From an uncultured Rhodospirillaceae bacterium (GTDB lineage Bacteria; Pseudomonadota; Alphaproteobacteria; UBA8366): a stretch of 64,000 nucleotides of DNA. The notes under the pieces are model-generated. The model was not told the DNA's origin and did no database searches. It saw only the letters and a list, made by a program, of their open reading frames with translations. Below are positions 9,465 to 18,902 of the stretch, in pieces (within the stretch, counting starts at the first letter, position 1; every line of letters begins with the position of its first letter). The stretch lies in contig CAZPFL010000001.1 of NCBI GenBank assembly GCA_964585785.1, positions 3,219 to 67,218 of the forward strand, read 5' to 3'. Both the position numbers and the translations under genes were made by a program.

Positions 9465-10823
9465 ATGCGACAGATCCATCTCGTCGGCTTTCTCCAGGCG
9501 CAGAATTGCACCACCATTCCCGCCTCCTGGCGCCATCCGGAAGCGTGGACCAACACCTACTCGCCCGATTACTACCAGCACATCGCAAGAGTCCTGGAGG
9601 CGGGCAAGATCGACTCCTGCTTCTTCGACGACCGGCTCGCCATGCCGGACATGTATGGCGGCGACCATGCGCACACGGTGGCGAACGGCATCCGCTGCGT
9701 GAAGATGGACACCGTTACATGCCTGATGGCAATGGCGGCTGTGACGGAGCGGCTCGGCCTTGGCGCCACTTATTCGACGACTTATTACGAGCCGTTCCAC
9801 GTGGCCCGTCTCTTCCAGACCATGGATCTGATGACCAGAGGCAGGGCGGCCTGGAACGTCGTGACGTCCCTCAACGACTTCGAGGCGTTGAACATGGGGC
9901 GCGAGGGGATGATCGCCCACGACATGCGCTATGACCGCGCCGACGAATTCATGGAGATCGTCCACGGCCACTGGGACTCCTGGGAGGACGACGCCATCGT
10001 CTGCGACAAGACGAAGAACCTCTACGCCCGGCCGGACAAGGTTCACCGCCTCGACTACAAGGGGAAGTTTCTCGCCTCCCGCGGCCCATTCACCGTGCCG
10101 CGCGGTCCGCAGGGCCATCCGGTGATTATCCAGGCCGGGCAGTCGGGGCGCGGGCGCACCTTCGCCGGCCGTTGGGGCGAGCTGATCTTCACCAACTATT
10201 TCGATGTCGCCGCCGCACAGCCGCGCTACGACGAGATGAAGGCGACGGCCGCGCGCTTCGGCCGCAATCCGGACCACATGAAGATCGCGAACTTGTTCTA
10301 TCCCGTGGCCGCGGCGACGAAGGCGGAGGCGGAGGACAAGCGCGCGCTATACGACACACTGCCAAAGGAGATCGACCAGCTCTCGCTTCTCTCCGAAATC
10401 CTCAGCTTCGACTTTGCCAGGAAGGGGCTCGACGATCCCTTCACGGAGGACGAGATCGCGAGCATCGAGGGCGGACAAAGCTGGCGCGACCGCGTGGTCG
10501 CCGCCACCGGACGCACGCCGACCGTGCGCGACTTCATGCGGGTCACCGGCCGCGGCACGCTCAAGAACCCAGTTGTCGGCGGGCCGAAGGAAATTGCGGA
10601 CTGGCTCGAGGAATTCTGGTCCGCGCCGGCCTGCGATGGTTTCGTCATCGGCTCGACCCACAACCCCGGCTGCTTCGAGGATTTCGTCAAATTCGTCGTG
10701 CCGGAGCTGCAGCGCCGCGGCCTGTTCCGCAAGGACTACGCCGGCGCTACCCTGCGCGATCATCTGGGCCTGCCGCGCCCGCCGGTCGGGCATTGGCAGC
10801 GCAGCGTCGCCGCGGCGGACTAG
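9465..10823 (+). CDS. NtaA/SnaA/DszA-family FMNH2-dependent monooxygenase (LLM class)
   Basis: From ATG 9465: MRQIHLVGFLQAQNCTTIPASWRHPEAW...AAWNVVTS...GHPVIIQAGQSGRGRTFAGRWGELIFT, characteristic of the nitrilotriacetate-monooxygenase component A family. Confidence 0.85.
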   Translation: MRQIHLVGFLQAQNCTTIPASWRHPEAWTNTYSPDYYQHIARVLEAGKIDSCFFDDRLAMPDMYGGDHAHTVANGIRCVKMDTVTCLMAMAAVTERLGLGATYSTTYYEPFHVARLFQTMDLMTRGRAAWNVVTSLNDFEALNMGREGMIAHDMRYDRADEFMEIVHGHWDSWEDDAIVCDKTKNLYARPDKVHRLDYKGKFLASRGPFTVPRGPQGHPVIIQAGQSGRGRTFAGRWGELIFTNYFDVAAAQPRYDEMKATAARFGRNPDHMKIANLFYPVAAATKAEAEDKRALYDTLPKEIDQLSLLSEILSFDFARKGLDDPFTEDEIASIEGGQSWRDRVVAATGRTPTVRDFMRVTGRGTLKNPVVGGPKEIADWLEEFWSAPACDGFVIGSTHNPGCFEDFVKFVVPELQRRGLFRKDYAGATLRDHLGLPRPPVGHWQRSVAAAD

Positions 10824-11022
10824 GGGCCGAAAGGCGCAAATCTGCCACACGCGCGCCGCATCTCGGCGTTGGGGACGAGGTGCTTCATGGCGGCGTTGTC
10901 ACCCGCACAATAGCAACTGCGACGGCGCGAAACCGACGTTCACCGGTGCCATCCCTCAAGATGCTTGAGGATATCCCACAGCGTTTCTGGCGTTGGCGTG
11001 GGGCTTCCCGCATGCACAGGTT

Positions 11023-12450
11023 CTAGTCAAGTGCGGGCGGCAAGCGTTGTCCTGTCCCCGTGGCCTGCTCGAAGGCATGCGCCAGCTGGAGCACCGAGAG
11101 GTCGTCGCGGTGCCGTCCCACGATCTGAATACCCACAGGCCAACCCTCCGCGGTAAACCCGGCGGGCATCGAGATAGCGGGATTGCCGACCGTCGAGATG
11201 GCGCTCTTGAGAGCGCCGCCATCCAGGTAATCTCCCATGCGCTTCCCCTCGATTTCCTGAACCGACGTTTGCCCGATCGGCAGGGGTGGCGTCGGATTCG
11301 TGGGAAGCACGAGGAAGTCGTACGCGTCCATGAAGGTGCGCATTCGATGAAAGAGCTCAGTGCGCTTGCCCTCGGCGCGCGCCACGTCCTCGGCGGACAA
11401 TTTGAAGCCTTGTTCGGTATTCCAGACCAGATCCGGCTTCATGACGGCGCGTTTTGCGGGGTCTCTTACGCGATCGCCGTGGGCTAACGTGTATCGCCAG
11501 GCGCGTAGCACCTTGAAAACGTCGATGGCGTCGCTCAGGTCCGGTTCTGCGTCGACCACCTCCATCCCGAGCGCCTTGAACGTCGCGTGGTGGCGGTCGC
11601 AGACGTCGCTGATCCGCTTATCCACGGGCAGGAAACCGAGGTTCCGGCTGAACGCGATGCGCACGCCCTTGAAGTCGCGCTCGAGCGGCTGCGCGAAGTA
11701 GTGCCCGGGTTCGGGCAAGGCAATGGGCGAGCGGGGGTCGGGGCCGGCCTGGACCGAGAGGAGCAAGGCCGTGTCCGCAACGCATCGTCCCATCGGCCCG
11801 TCCGTGCGGAGCGTGAACCAGCCGAGTTCGGCGGGATAGGCCGGAATCCGTCCTGGAGAAGGCCGGAAACCGACGACGTTGCAATGCCCGGCGGGGTGGC
11901 GCAGCGAGCCGCCGAAATCGCTGCCGTCAGCGAGCGGGGCCATGCGCGCCGCGAGCGCGACGGCCGAGCCCCCGCTGCTGGAACCGCAGGCCCTGTCCAG
12001 GTCGTACGGATTGCGGGTATCGCCGCAAACCGCGTTTGTGGTCTGGCCTCCGCCGCAGCCGAATTCGGGCGTATTGGTCTTGCCTATGAAGATCGCGCCT
12101 GCCCGGCGGTAGCGCTCGGCGAGCAGATCGTCCACCTCGGGCACGTGATCGGCGTAAAGAAGAGATCCGAAAGTGGTCCGCAGTCCCCGCGTGCGGATAA
12201 GGTCCTTTATCGCAAGCGGCAATCCGTGGAGGGCCGGCAGCTCTTCGCCATTGGCGGCACGCTGGTCGGCCGTTTTCGCCTGCGCCAGTGCCTGCTCCGC
12301 CGCGACCGTGACGAAGGCGTTGACCTTTGGCTGTACGCGCTCGATCTGCGTCAGGTGCGCTTCCGTGAGTTCGCGTGCGGACAGCTCCCGGGCGCCGAGC
12401 ATGCGCCTCAGTTCCGTCGCCGGCTTAAGACAAAGGTCGAGATCGGGCAT
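11023..12450 (-). CDS. amidase (amidase-signature family)
   Basis: 475 aa with the AS signature [32 protein letters not shown]. Confidence 0.9.
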   Translation of the reverse strand: [475 protein letters not shown]

Positions 12451-12474
12451 GGCTGTACTCGCTATACCAGAGCT

Positions 12475-13329
12475 TTAGAAGGGAGTTGTGCCCGCAATCG
12501 TGAGGCGGTGCATTAGACGGCGCTGGGGCAGATCATAGTCCAGGATCGCTTTGTGCTGCACCGTGCAATTATCCCACATAACGAGGTCGCCTTGGTGCCA
12601 TCGATGGCGATAGACGAACTCCGGTCTGACGACGTGGTCCGAAAGCGCCACTATGAGCGCCTCGGCTTCGTCCGTTGCCAAGCCGACGATGCCCGTACAG
12701 TCGTCGCGATTGACATAAAGACTCTTCCGTCCCGTCCTTGGATGTGTGCGTACGATCGGGTGACGAACTGCCGGGTAACGGGCGACAACTTCGGGGTCTG
12801 GTCGCTCGGAACGCTTGCGGCCGGTGAAGTCGAAAATACCGATGAGGCCGGCTACCTTGCGCTGCATCGGTTCCGGCAGGGCGTCCCATGCGGCGGCGGC
12901 GTTCGCAAAGGCGGTGTCGCCCAGGGTCAATCCATGCAGCGCCGGTACCTCTAGCGCGTAAAGCATCGTCGCGCGGGGCGGCTTCGCCGAATAGATCATG
13001 TCGCTGTGCCAGTTTTCTCCCGCCCGACGCGACCCGATCGGCTTACCGCCCTCCGTCACGTTCGAGATGACGTAGATCTGCGGACGATCGGGGAGGCCGT
13101 ACTTCGCGCTGTTGTAATTGATCTCGATCTGACCGAAGCGCTCGGCAAAGGCGATCTGCTGACTAGGTGTGATGTTCTGGTTGCGAACCAAGAGAACGCC
13201 ATGGATATCGAAGGCTTCTTCGATCGCCGCAAAAGCGGTGTCGTCGAGCGCGTTCGCCAGATCGATGCCTGTAACTTCCGCGCCGGCGGCGCCTGCTAAT
13301 GGCCGAACTTGGAAATCGTTTTGGGTCAT
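12475..13329 (-). CDS. TauD/TfdA-family Fe(II)/2-oxoglutarate dioxygenase
   Basis: 284 aa. GAEVTGIDL, GVLLVRNQNITPSQQIAFAERFG and WHSDMIY (HxD triad) resemble taurine dioxygenase. Confidence 0.85.
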   Translation of the reverse strand: MTQNDFQVRPLAGAAGAEVTGIDLANALDDTAFAAIEEAFDIHGVLLVRNQNITPSQQIAFAERFGQIEINYNSAKYGLPDRPQIYVISNVTEGGKPIGSRRAGENWHSDMIYSAKPPRATMLYALEVPALHGLTLGDTAFANAAAAWDALPEPMQRKVAGLIGIFDFTGRKRSERPDPEVVARYPAVRHPIVRTHPRTGRKSLYVNRDDCTGIVGLATDEAEALIVALSDHVVRPEFVYRHRWHQGDLVMWDNCTVQHKAILDYDLPQRRLMHRLTIAGTTPF

Positions 13330-13434
13330 GAAGCGAACTTTCTTTGGCTAAGCGGGCAAAGAGTGACAGGGAAAGCGCTTTTCACGGCATTGATATAAGC
13401 GTGTCACAAATACGATGCACGGACGGGACCCGGT

Positions 13435-14814
13435 TCATGTCCGGACGACGCGGCTGAGCGCATTATTCAAAGGGGCAAGCGACGCGGCCTCCTCGAGCGA
13501 CTGCGTCAATTCGTATATTTCTTCGGCCAGCGTCCTGCCGATTACGGTGCTGCAGCAATCGTGAAACTTCGCGGCGAGACGATCCTTGGGAAACCAGCGC
13601 TCCGGCTTGCCGATGGCTAGCGGCACGAGTTCCTCGAGCGTCTGGCCCTCGCGCGTCTCTATGGTGACAACGGCGCCGAATTCCGTGTTGCCCGCGACAC
13701 GATTGTCGAGCTCCATCACCACCTTTTCGGGCAAACCCGAGCCATTGATGCGGGAGAGCGCCGCATCCGTGAACGTCGCCAGCGTGACATCGCCGTCCAG
13801 AAGTGCGGCGGCGATGCAGTAGCCCATGCAGAACTTGGCTTCCAGCGGCGTGGCGGCCCGGTCGCAGACCATCGGCTCGAAGTGCATTTCGGTTACTCCG
13901 ACCCGTATGCACCGGATGGCCGACAGCCCGCCGGGAATCCTGTCGCGCAGCCGTACTGCCGCCTCGATGGGCGGATGCGCCGCACCGCAGGCCGGGTACG
14001 GTTTCAGGCCAAGTCCAAACTCCGTGAGGATTTCGAGTGGATCGCCCCAGGTGGCAAAATGCTCGGCGGCAATGTTCTGATGATGGTTGAACACGCCGGC
14101 AAAGCCGAAGCGGTGGTCAAGGATATCCGTGCTCGCCGTAACCCCTTCACGGGCCATCAGAGCGGCCAGCACACCGTTGCGTGATGCGTAGCCTGCATGC
14201 AACGGCTTGGTCATCGTGCCGAAGTTGGCACGTAGGCCGCTGGATGCCGACCCGGCCATCGCGAGCGCCATCGCGAATGGTTCCGGATCCAACGCCAGGA
14301 GCGCTGAGGTGGTTGCCGCCGCGCCGAGGCTCCCGAAGGTCGCGGTCGCATGCCATCCGTTCTTGTAATGCGCCGTGTTCAGCGCGCGCCCGAGCTTGCT
14401 GATCATTTCTATGCCAAGGATGTAGGCGGTGACGACGGCTTTGCCGGAAGCACCTGCGGTGCCGGCAGTTGCCAGAATTGCGGGAACAAGAGATGCGCCG
14501 GGATGGGCATAGGCCGGGTGCGTGACATCGTCATAGTCGATGGCATGCGCGAGTGTACCGTTGTACAGCGCGGCATCGTGTGGGGCCGCGAGACAGCCGG
14601 TCCCTATCAGCGGGACGCGCCGCGCACCATCACTGGCGGGGGTGCCGCCCAGGACCTTTGCCAGCTTCTCTGCCACCGGCTCCCCGGCGCCGGCGATGAT
14701 ACAGCCGACACAGTCGGTGATTGCGTCGACCGCCATGGCGCGTGCCTTTGGGGGGAAGGATCCGGCCCGGGAGCGCGACGCGAATTCGACAAATCCTCTT
14801 GTGGCATCGGTCAT
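13435..14814 (-). CDS. MmgE/PrpD family protein (paralogue 1)
   Basis: PrpD-type N-terminus MTDATRGFVEFASRSRAGSFPPKARAMAVDAITDCVGCIIAG from ATG 14814. Upstream in-frame ATGs at 14892/14916 are possible but less typical. Confidence 0.8.
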   Translation of the reverse strand: MTDATRGFVEFASRSRAGSFPPKARAMAVDAITDCVGCIIAGAGEPVAEKLAKVLGGTPASDGARRVPLIGTGCLAAPHDAALYNGTLAHAIDYDDVTHPAYAHPGASLVPAILATAGTAGASGKAVVTAYILGIEMISKLGRALNTAHYKNGWHATATFGSLGAAATTSALLALDPEPFAMALAMAGSASSGLRANFGTMTKPLHAGYASRNGVLAALMAREGVTASTDILDHRFGFAGVFNHHQNIAAEHFATWGDPLEILTEFGLGLKPYPACGAAHPPIEAAVRLRDRIPGGLSAIRCIRVGVTEMHFEPMVCDRAATPLEAKFCMGYCIAAALLDGDVTLATFTDAALSRINGSGLPEKVVMELDNRVAGNTEFGAVVTIETREGQTLEELVPLAIGKPERWFPKDRLAAKFHDCCSTVIGRTLAEEIYELTQSLEEAASLAPLNNALSRVVRT

Positions 14815-14963
14815 TGGAGCGATCTTTCGAAAGGGCGATTGCGGTCCGCGCGCAAGCCGCGCCGTGAATGCGACGATAGCGGCGTCGGCCATTCTAGTAC
14901 TGAACCGTCTCTGCACTGTCTGCGATGATTAGATCAATTGGTACAGATCGTGATGGCGAGTCA

Positions 14964-16124
14964 CTAATTGAAGCCGGCACGAGCATAGAGCCTTACGGCG
15001 TTGTCCCAGAAGAGCTTCCGCTTCCGCTCGTCGGACATGGTCCAGCCGAGCACGGTTTCGACGGATTTCGGGAACCAGCTCTCGCCATGCGGATAGTCGG
15101 AGGCGTACATCAGGATGTCCTCGCCCAGCAGGTCGATCACCGAATTTGTCAGCGCCTCGCCCTCGGGAATTTCGATGCTTTGGAAATACCGCCCGGACTT
15201 GACGTAGTCGCTCGGCATCCGCTGCAAATCGTCGGGCAACGCCGCGCGGATCGTGCGGGCATGCTCATCGATCCGCGCCATCCAGAAGGGAAGCCAGCTA
15301 TGGCCCGCCTCGAGCGTGCCGATCCGAAGATCCGGATAGCGGTCCATCACGCCACTGCCGATCAGCGACGCCATGTTGCGCATGCCGCACCAGGGATGCG
15401 ACGCCGAGCGCTGAAGGAAAAGGTTTTCCCAGTTGTCCGTTCCGCCGGGCGCGTAGGGCGGCATGACGGTAAATGTGTGCAGTGTCACCGCGAGGTCATG
15501 ATCGGCTGCCGCCCGCCAGACTGGCTCCAGGTCGGGATGATCGAGCGGCGTGTCTTTTGGCGCGTAGACGAGAATGCCCCAGGCCCAGCGCGCGGGACCC
15601 CACCGCTTGATCTCTGTCAGCGAGGCCTCCACGTCCCGCGCCGAACACAGCACGACCCCGCCAATCCGGTCCGGATAGGCCCCGCAATAGGCGTCCATCC
15701 AGCGGTGATAGGCGGCGTACATGCTGGTCTCGAGGCCGATGTCCTCCGACAGCGTCCAGGTGCCGAACCAACCGGACGGCAAGGTCAGATTCACGTCAAC
15801 GCCTTCGAGGTCCATGTCGGCGATCCGTGCCGCGGGATCGTCGTCCACTTTCGGGGAAGGCTCGCGTCCCTTATGCGCGCCGGTGAAACCAGCCATGTAC
15901 CCGCCCGGCGTCTCCGCCGCCTTGGCGGTTCCCAGTTGCCGTCGGTAGCGGCGCTGCCCGCGGGTATAGGTCACGTGGCCGGTGCGGCGATGGGCCTGCT
16001 TGTAGGGCTCCCATTCGGCGAGCGATGTCTTGGTGGCAGCATCGAGATACGGGTCGAGAACGTCGACGAAGGGACCCACATGCGTATCCGAATCGAAAAT
16101 CTTGAAGCCGGCGCGTGCCATCAT
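14964..16124 (-). CDS. amidohydrolase-2 (ACMSD-like) family protein
   Basis: ATG 16124 preceded by GGGAGG. FDSDTHV near the N-terminus and YASDYPHGE near the C-terminus are metal-ligand blocks of the amidohydrolase_2 family. The 70-codon upstream extension is discounted. Confidence 0.8.
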   Translation of the reverse strand: MMARAGFKIFDSDTHVGPFVDVLDPYLDAATKTSLAEWEPYKQAHRRTGHVTYTRGQRRYRRQLGTAKAAETPGGYMAGFTGAHKGREPSPKVDDDPAARIADMDLEGVDVNLTLPSGWFGTWTLSEDIGLETSMYAAYHRWMDAYCGAYPDRIGGVVLCSARDVEASLTEIKRWGPARWAWGILVYAPKDTPLDHPDLEPVWRAAADHDLAVTLHTFTVMPPYAPGGTDNWENLFLQRSASHPWCGMRNMASLIGSGVMDRYPDLRIGTLEAGHSWLPFWMARIDEHARTIRAALPDDLQRMPSDYVKSGRYFQSIEIPEGEALTNSVIDLLGEDILMYASDYPHGESWFPKSVETVLGWTMSDERKRKLFWDNAVRLYARAGFN

Positions 16125-16152
16125 CGCCTCCCATCGTCGGGCAGGGGGCTGC

Positions 16153-17142
16153 CTACCCGTTGTTGTCGTTGCGGTCCTTCGACGCATGATACTTTGCAAG
16201 GGCCGCCCCGGAAAAATACCGCTCCTCGAGCGCCCGCTGCTTGTCCGGTCCTTCGCCATCCGGCCCGACGCCGGGAATCGGATACGGGGCATTCTTGCGG
16301 CGTTCCGCGAAGTCGTCCCAGGCTTGTATGCCACGTGCCTGGAAATCCGCCATGAAGTCCCAGAGCGCGGCCCAGGTCACGTGATGGGTGAAACCGGGAT
16401 ACCAGGCAATCGTCACGCCGAGGGCCAGATGCTCCTCCAACCCGAGAAAGCGCGGCAGTTTTCCTTTCATGAAGGAGAAGGGACCGTTGACCACCGCGCG
16501 TGCCTGTGCGATCTCGTCCGTCGAGTGGGGTGATTCCAGCTGCACCCAGTCGACACCTGCCTCGCGTTCATAGGCGGCCAACCGGACCAGGCAGTCATCG
16601 AGACCGCTATTCGCCGCGTCACGCGCGTAGCACTGCGCCATCACGACGAAATCAGGATCCAGTTCGTTCTTCATATCGACGGCGGCGCGATAGCGCGCGA
16701 TCGCCTGTTCGATCGGGACCACTTCCACGCCGGCGCTTTGGGTCTTCCGTTTCCCCTCGATCGGCTGGTCGTCTATGCGCACGCCGGCAATGCCGGCCCG
16801 AATGCAATCGCGGACCATGCGCCGGACCGCCATGATGCCGCCGTGCCCGGTGTCTCCATCCATGATGATCGGGAAGTCGACGCTGTCAGCGATCCAGCCC
16901 GCAATGGTGACGCATTCATTCAGGGTCGCCGTGCCGACATCGGCGAGCCCGGTATAGGTTCCGACGACGCCCCCCGTGCCGACAAAACCGCATTCCGCGC
17001 CAGCGGCCTCCATGATGCGCGCGTGCGCCGCCGTCGGCGGATGCAGCACGACCAGGACCTTGTCCTTGCGATGGATCAGCTTCTGCAAACGTGTCGAGGG
17101 CTTTGGTTTCGGGGGCACGGATCGCCTTTCGAGGCCTGCCAT
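16153..17142 (-). CDS. isocitrate lyase / PEP mutase family protein (methylisocitrate-lyase-like)
   Basis: ARIMEAAGAECGFVGTGG, PIIMDGDTGHGG and GVRIDDQ are ICL/PEPM family blocks. Start chosen at MAGLERR (17142); the true start is uncertain. Confidence 0.75.
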   Translation of the reverse strand: MAGLERRSVPPKPKPSTRLQKLIHRKDKVLVVLHPPTAAHARIMEAAGAECGFVGTGGVVGTYTGLADVGTATLNECVTIAGWIADSVDFPIIMDGDTGHGGIMAVRRMVRDCIRAGIAGVRIDDQPIEGKRKTQSAGVEVVPIEQAIARYRAAVDMKNELDPDFVVMAQCYARDAANSGLDDCLVRLAAYEREAGVDWVQLESPHSTDEIAQARAVVNGPFSFMKGKLPRFLGLEEHLALGVTIAWYPGFTHHVTWAALWDFMADFQARGIQAWDDFAERRKNAPYPIPGVGPDGEGPDKQRALEERYFSGAALAKYHASKDRNDNNG

Positions 17143-17507
17143 TCTCGCGTCTACCCAGGATATCGCATTCGAGGAAATCGAGAAAATGGCGCGGGGTTTC
17201 GAATGACCCATTGCGACGACGGGCAGGGACATGACGAACAGGGCGTCTTTGCGCCCGTAACGGCGCACAAGGCTGTAGGTTGATGGCGTCGTTCTGGAAG
17301 GCGTCGCGATGGGACGCCAGCGGTATGCGGATGAGGACACGGTGACGCCGCGGCGGCACAGCAATCCGGACCATCACGGCGGGGGGCGATCACGGGTGTG
17401 GCCGTCGCAATGCCGGTATCAGCGACACGATGTGGAATGCGGGGCCCGGGTGTGCAGCTCTCTTGCCGCGAACGGTCTCTCATCCACCGCGCAATCGTGT
17501 GACCGAC

Positions 17508-18902
17508 TTAATGCAGCCTTCGCAGCAGGTCAGTCACGTCGGCCATCTGTTCCAGGGCGGCGATGTCTTCGACCATGCGATCCACGCGGCCCGACTCCAG
17601 CGCGACGAAAGACATGCAATCCCGGAACTTCGTTTCGATTTCCGCCCAGCCGACGGGCTCGTTCGCGTCGCCGGGAACGCTCTGCACCTGACACGAGCGC
17701 GTATCGCCGCTTTTGAGCCGCACCTCGACCGTCGGCATCAGCGAGTTCGACGTCGGATCAGGCCTGTATCGGACCCGTTCCGCCATGGCCAGCACCGCCG
17801 GATCGGTCAGCCCTTCGGGGGTATAGTCGCGCAAGGTGACGGTGCCCTTCGTCATGGCGACCGCGGCGGTAAACGGAACGCTGTATTTGGCGTCGATCGC
17901 CGTCTGCGGTCGACGTTTCGATTCGATCGGGGTGGACAGTAACTGCGTTGCCTGACTGCCGCCGACGATGTCGATGTGGTCCACCGTCTCCGGGTCAACG
18001 CCGTCGCGGCGCAATCGCAAGATGGCGGCGGTGCAGGGCCGAATATGCGCGCAATGCGGCCATACCTTGAAGCCGTGCGACGCGAGGACGGGGAAGCGGC
18101 TGCCCAATTCGCCGAGGAGCGCCTGCCAATCCGGGGTTTCGTCCCGCACGTAGGTTTTGAAGAAGCCGTATTTTCCCTCGATGACCGCCTTGGACCCGAT
18201 GATGCCTCTTTGCGCCAGATCGGCCGCGAGCACCGCGCCCTGACCACAAAAACCCGCCTGCATCGCGCGCAGATCCGTCGATTCGTCGACCGCCATCTGG
18301 CGGCTGCCGGCGGTTTGCGTGAAGGCGTTGCCGAAGGCATTTTCCATCCGGTCTGCGTCGAGGCCGAGCATATGCCCCGCCGTTGCGCTGCCGGCGATGT
18401 AGCCCAGCAGTTGCGTCGCGAACCAGCCTTCGGTCGAGATCCACTGCGGAATCGTGATCGCGCCGCCGAGGCGGGTCATGACATCCATGCCGGCGGCGAT
18501 CGCGGCAATGAACGCCTTTCCGTCGATGCCCCCGGCCCGTTCGGCCAGGGCGAAGGCGACCGGAATCGTCACGATGCTCAGATGGCCGGTTTTGCCGACA
18601 TCGTCATAATCCAGCATGTGGCCGAGGCTGCCGTTGACGAATACGGCGGCGCCGGCCGGTGCCTTGAAGCCGAAGCCCAGGACGGTGCTTTCGGCCGTGC
18701 CGCCGCGGTCGCGGACATAGTCGGCGAGATCTTTCCCTTTGGGCGAAAGGCGGCTTGCGCCCAGCGTGACCCCCACCGTATCGAGAACGCATCGTTTGAT
18801 CAGCGCAACCAGGTCTTCCGGGAGCCTGTCATAGGTGAGGGCCGCCGCGTGTTCGGCGAGTTTCCGTGTGGCGCCCTGTTGTACCGCTGAATCTGTCCTC
18901 AT
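17508..18902 (-). CDS. MmgE/PrpD family protein (paralogue 2)
   Basis: ATG 18902 gives MRTDSAVQQGATRKLAEHAAALTYDRLPEDLVALIKRCVLDTVGVTLGAS. ATGA overlap with the stop of the upstream capA-like gene. The ORF-track extension to 19634 runs through that gene and is discounted. Confidence 0.85.
   Translation of the reverse strand: MRTDSAVQQGATRKLAEHAAALTYDRLPEDLVALIKRCVLDTVGVTLGASRLSPKGKDLADYVRDRGGTAESTVLGFGFKAPAGAAVFVNGSLGHMLDYDDVGKTGHLSIVTIPVAFALAERAGGIDGKAFIAAIAAGMDVMTRLGGAITIPQWISTEGWFATQLLGYIAGSATAGHMLGLDADRMENAFGNAFTQTAGSRQMAVDESTDLRAMQAGFCGQGAVLAADLAQRGIIGSKAVIEGKYGFFKTYVRDETPDWQALLGELGSRFPVLASHGFKVWPHCAHIRPCTAAILRLRRDGVDPETVDHIDIVGGSQATQLLSTPIESKRRPQTAIDAKYSVPFTAAVAMTKGTVTLRDYTPEGLTDPAVLAMAERVRYRPDPTSNSLMPTVEVRLKSGDTRSCQVQSVPGDANEPVGWAEIETKFRDCMSFVALESGRVDRMVEDIAALEQMADVTDLLRRLH

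Noticed and set aside
10824-11022. Convergent spacer between the NtaA-type gene and the amidase, with the hairpin CCTCAAG-atg-CTTGAGG (10954-10970) and small ORFs (for example a 22-codon MKHLVPNAEMRRACGRFAPFGP).
   Set aside because: The hairpin has a 3-nt loop and no U tract. The mini-ORFs lack an RBS and any recognisable features. Possibly a weak terminator, but not supported enough to annotate.
17143-17507. 365 bp gap between the ICL/PEPM-family gene and PrpD paralogue 2. One minus-strand frame reads VRIAVPPRRHRVLIRIPLASHRDAFQNDAINLQ, faintly like a LysR substrate-binding-domain start.
   Set aside because: The similarity is about 30 residues long and bounded by a stop immediately upstream. 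It degenerates into Arg-rich sequence, which is too weak to call a regulator pseudogene.
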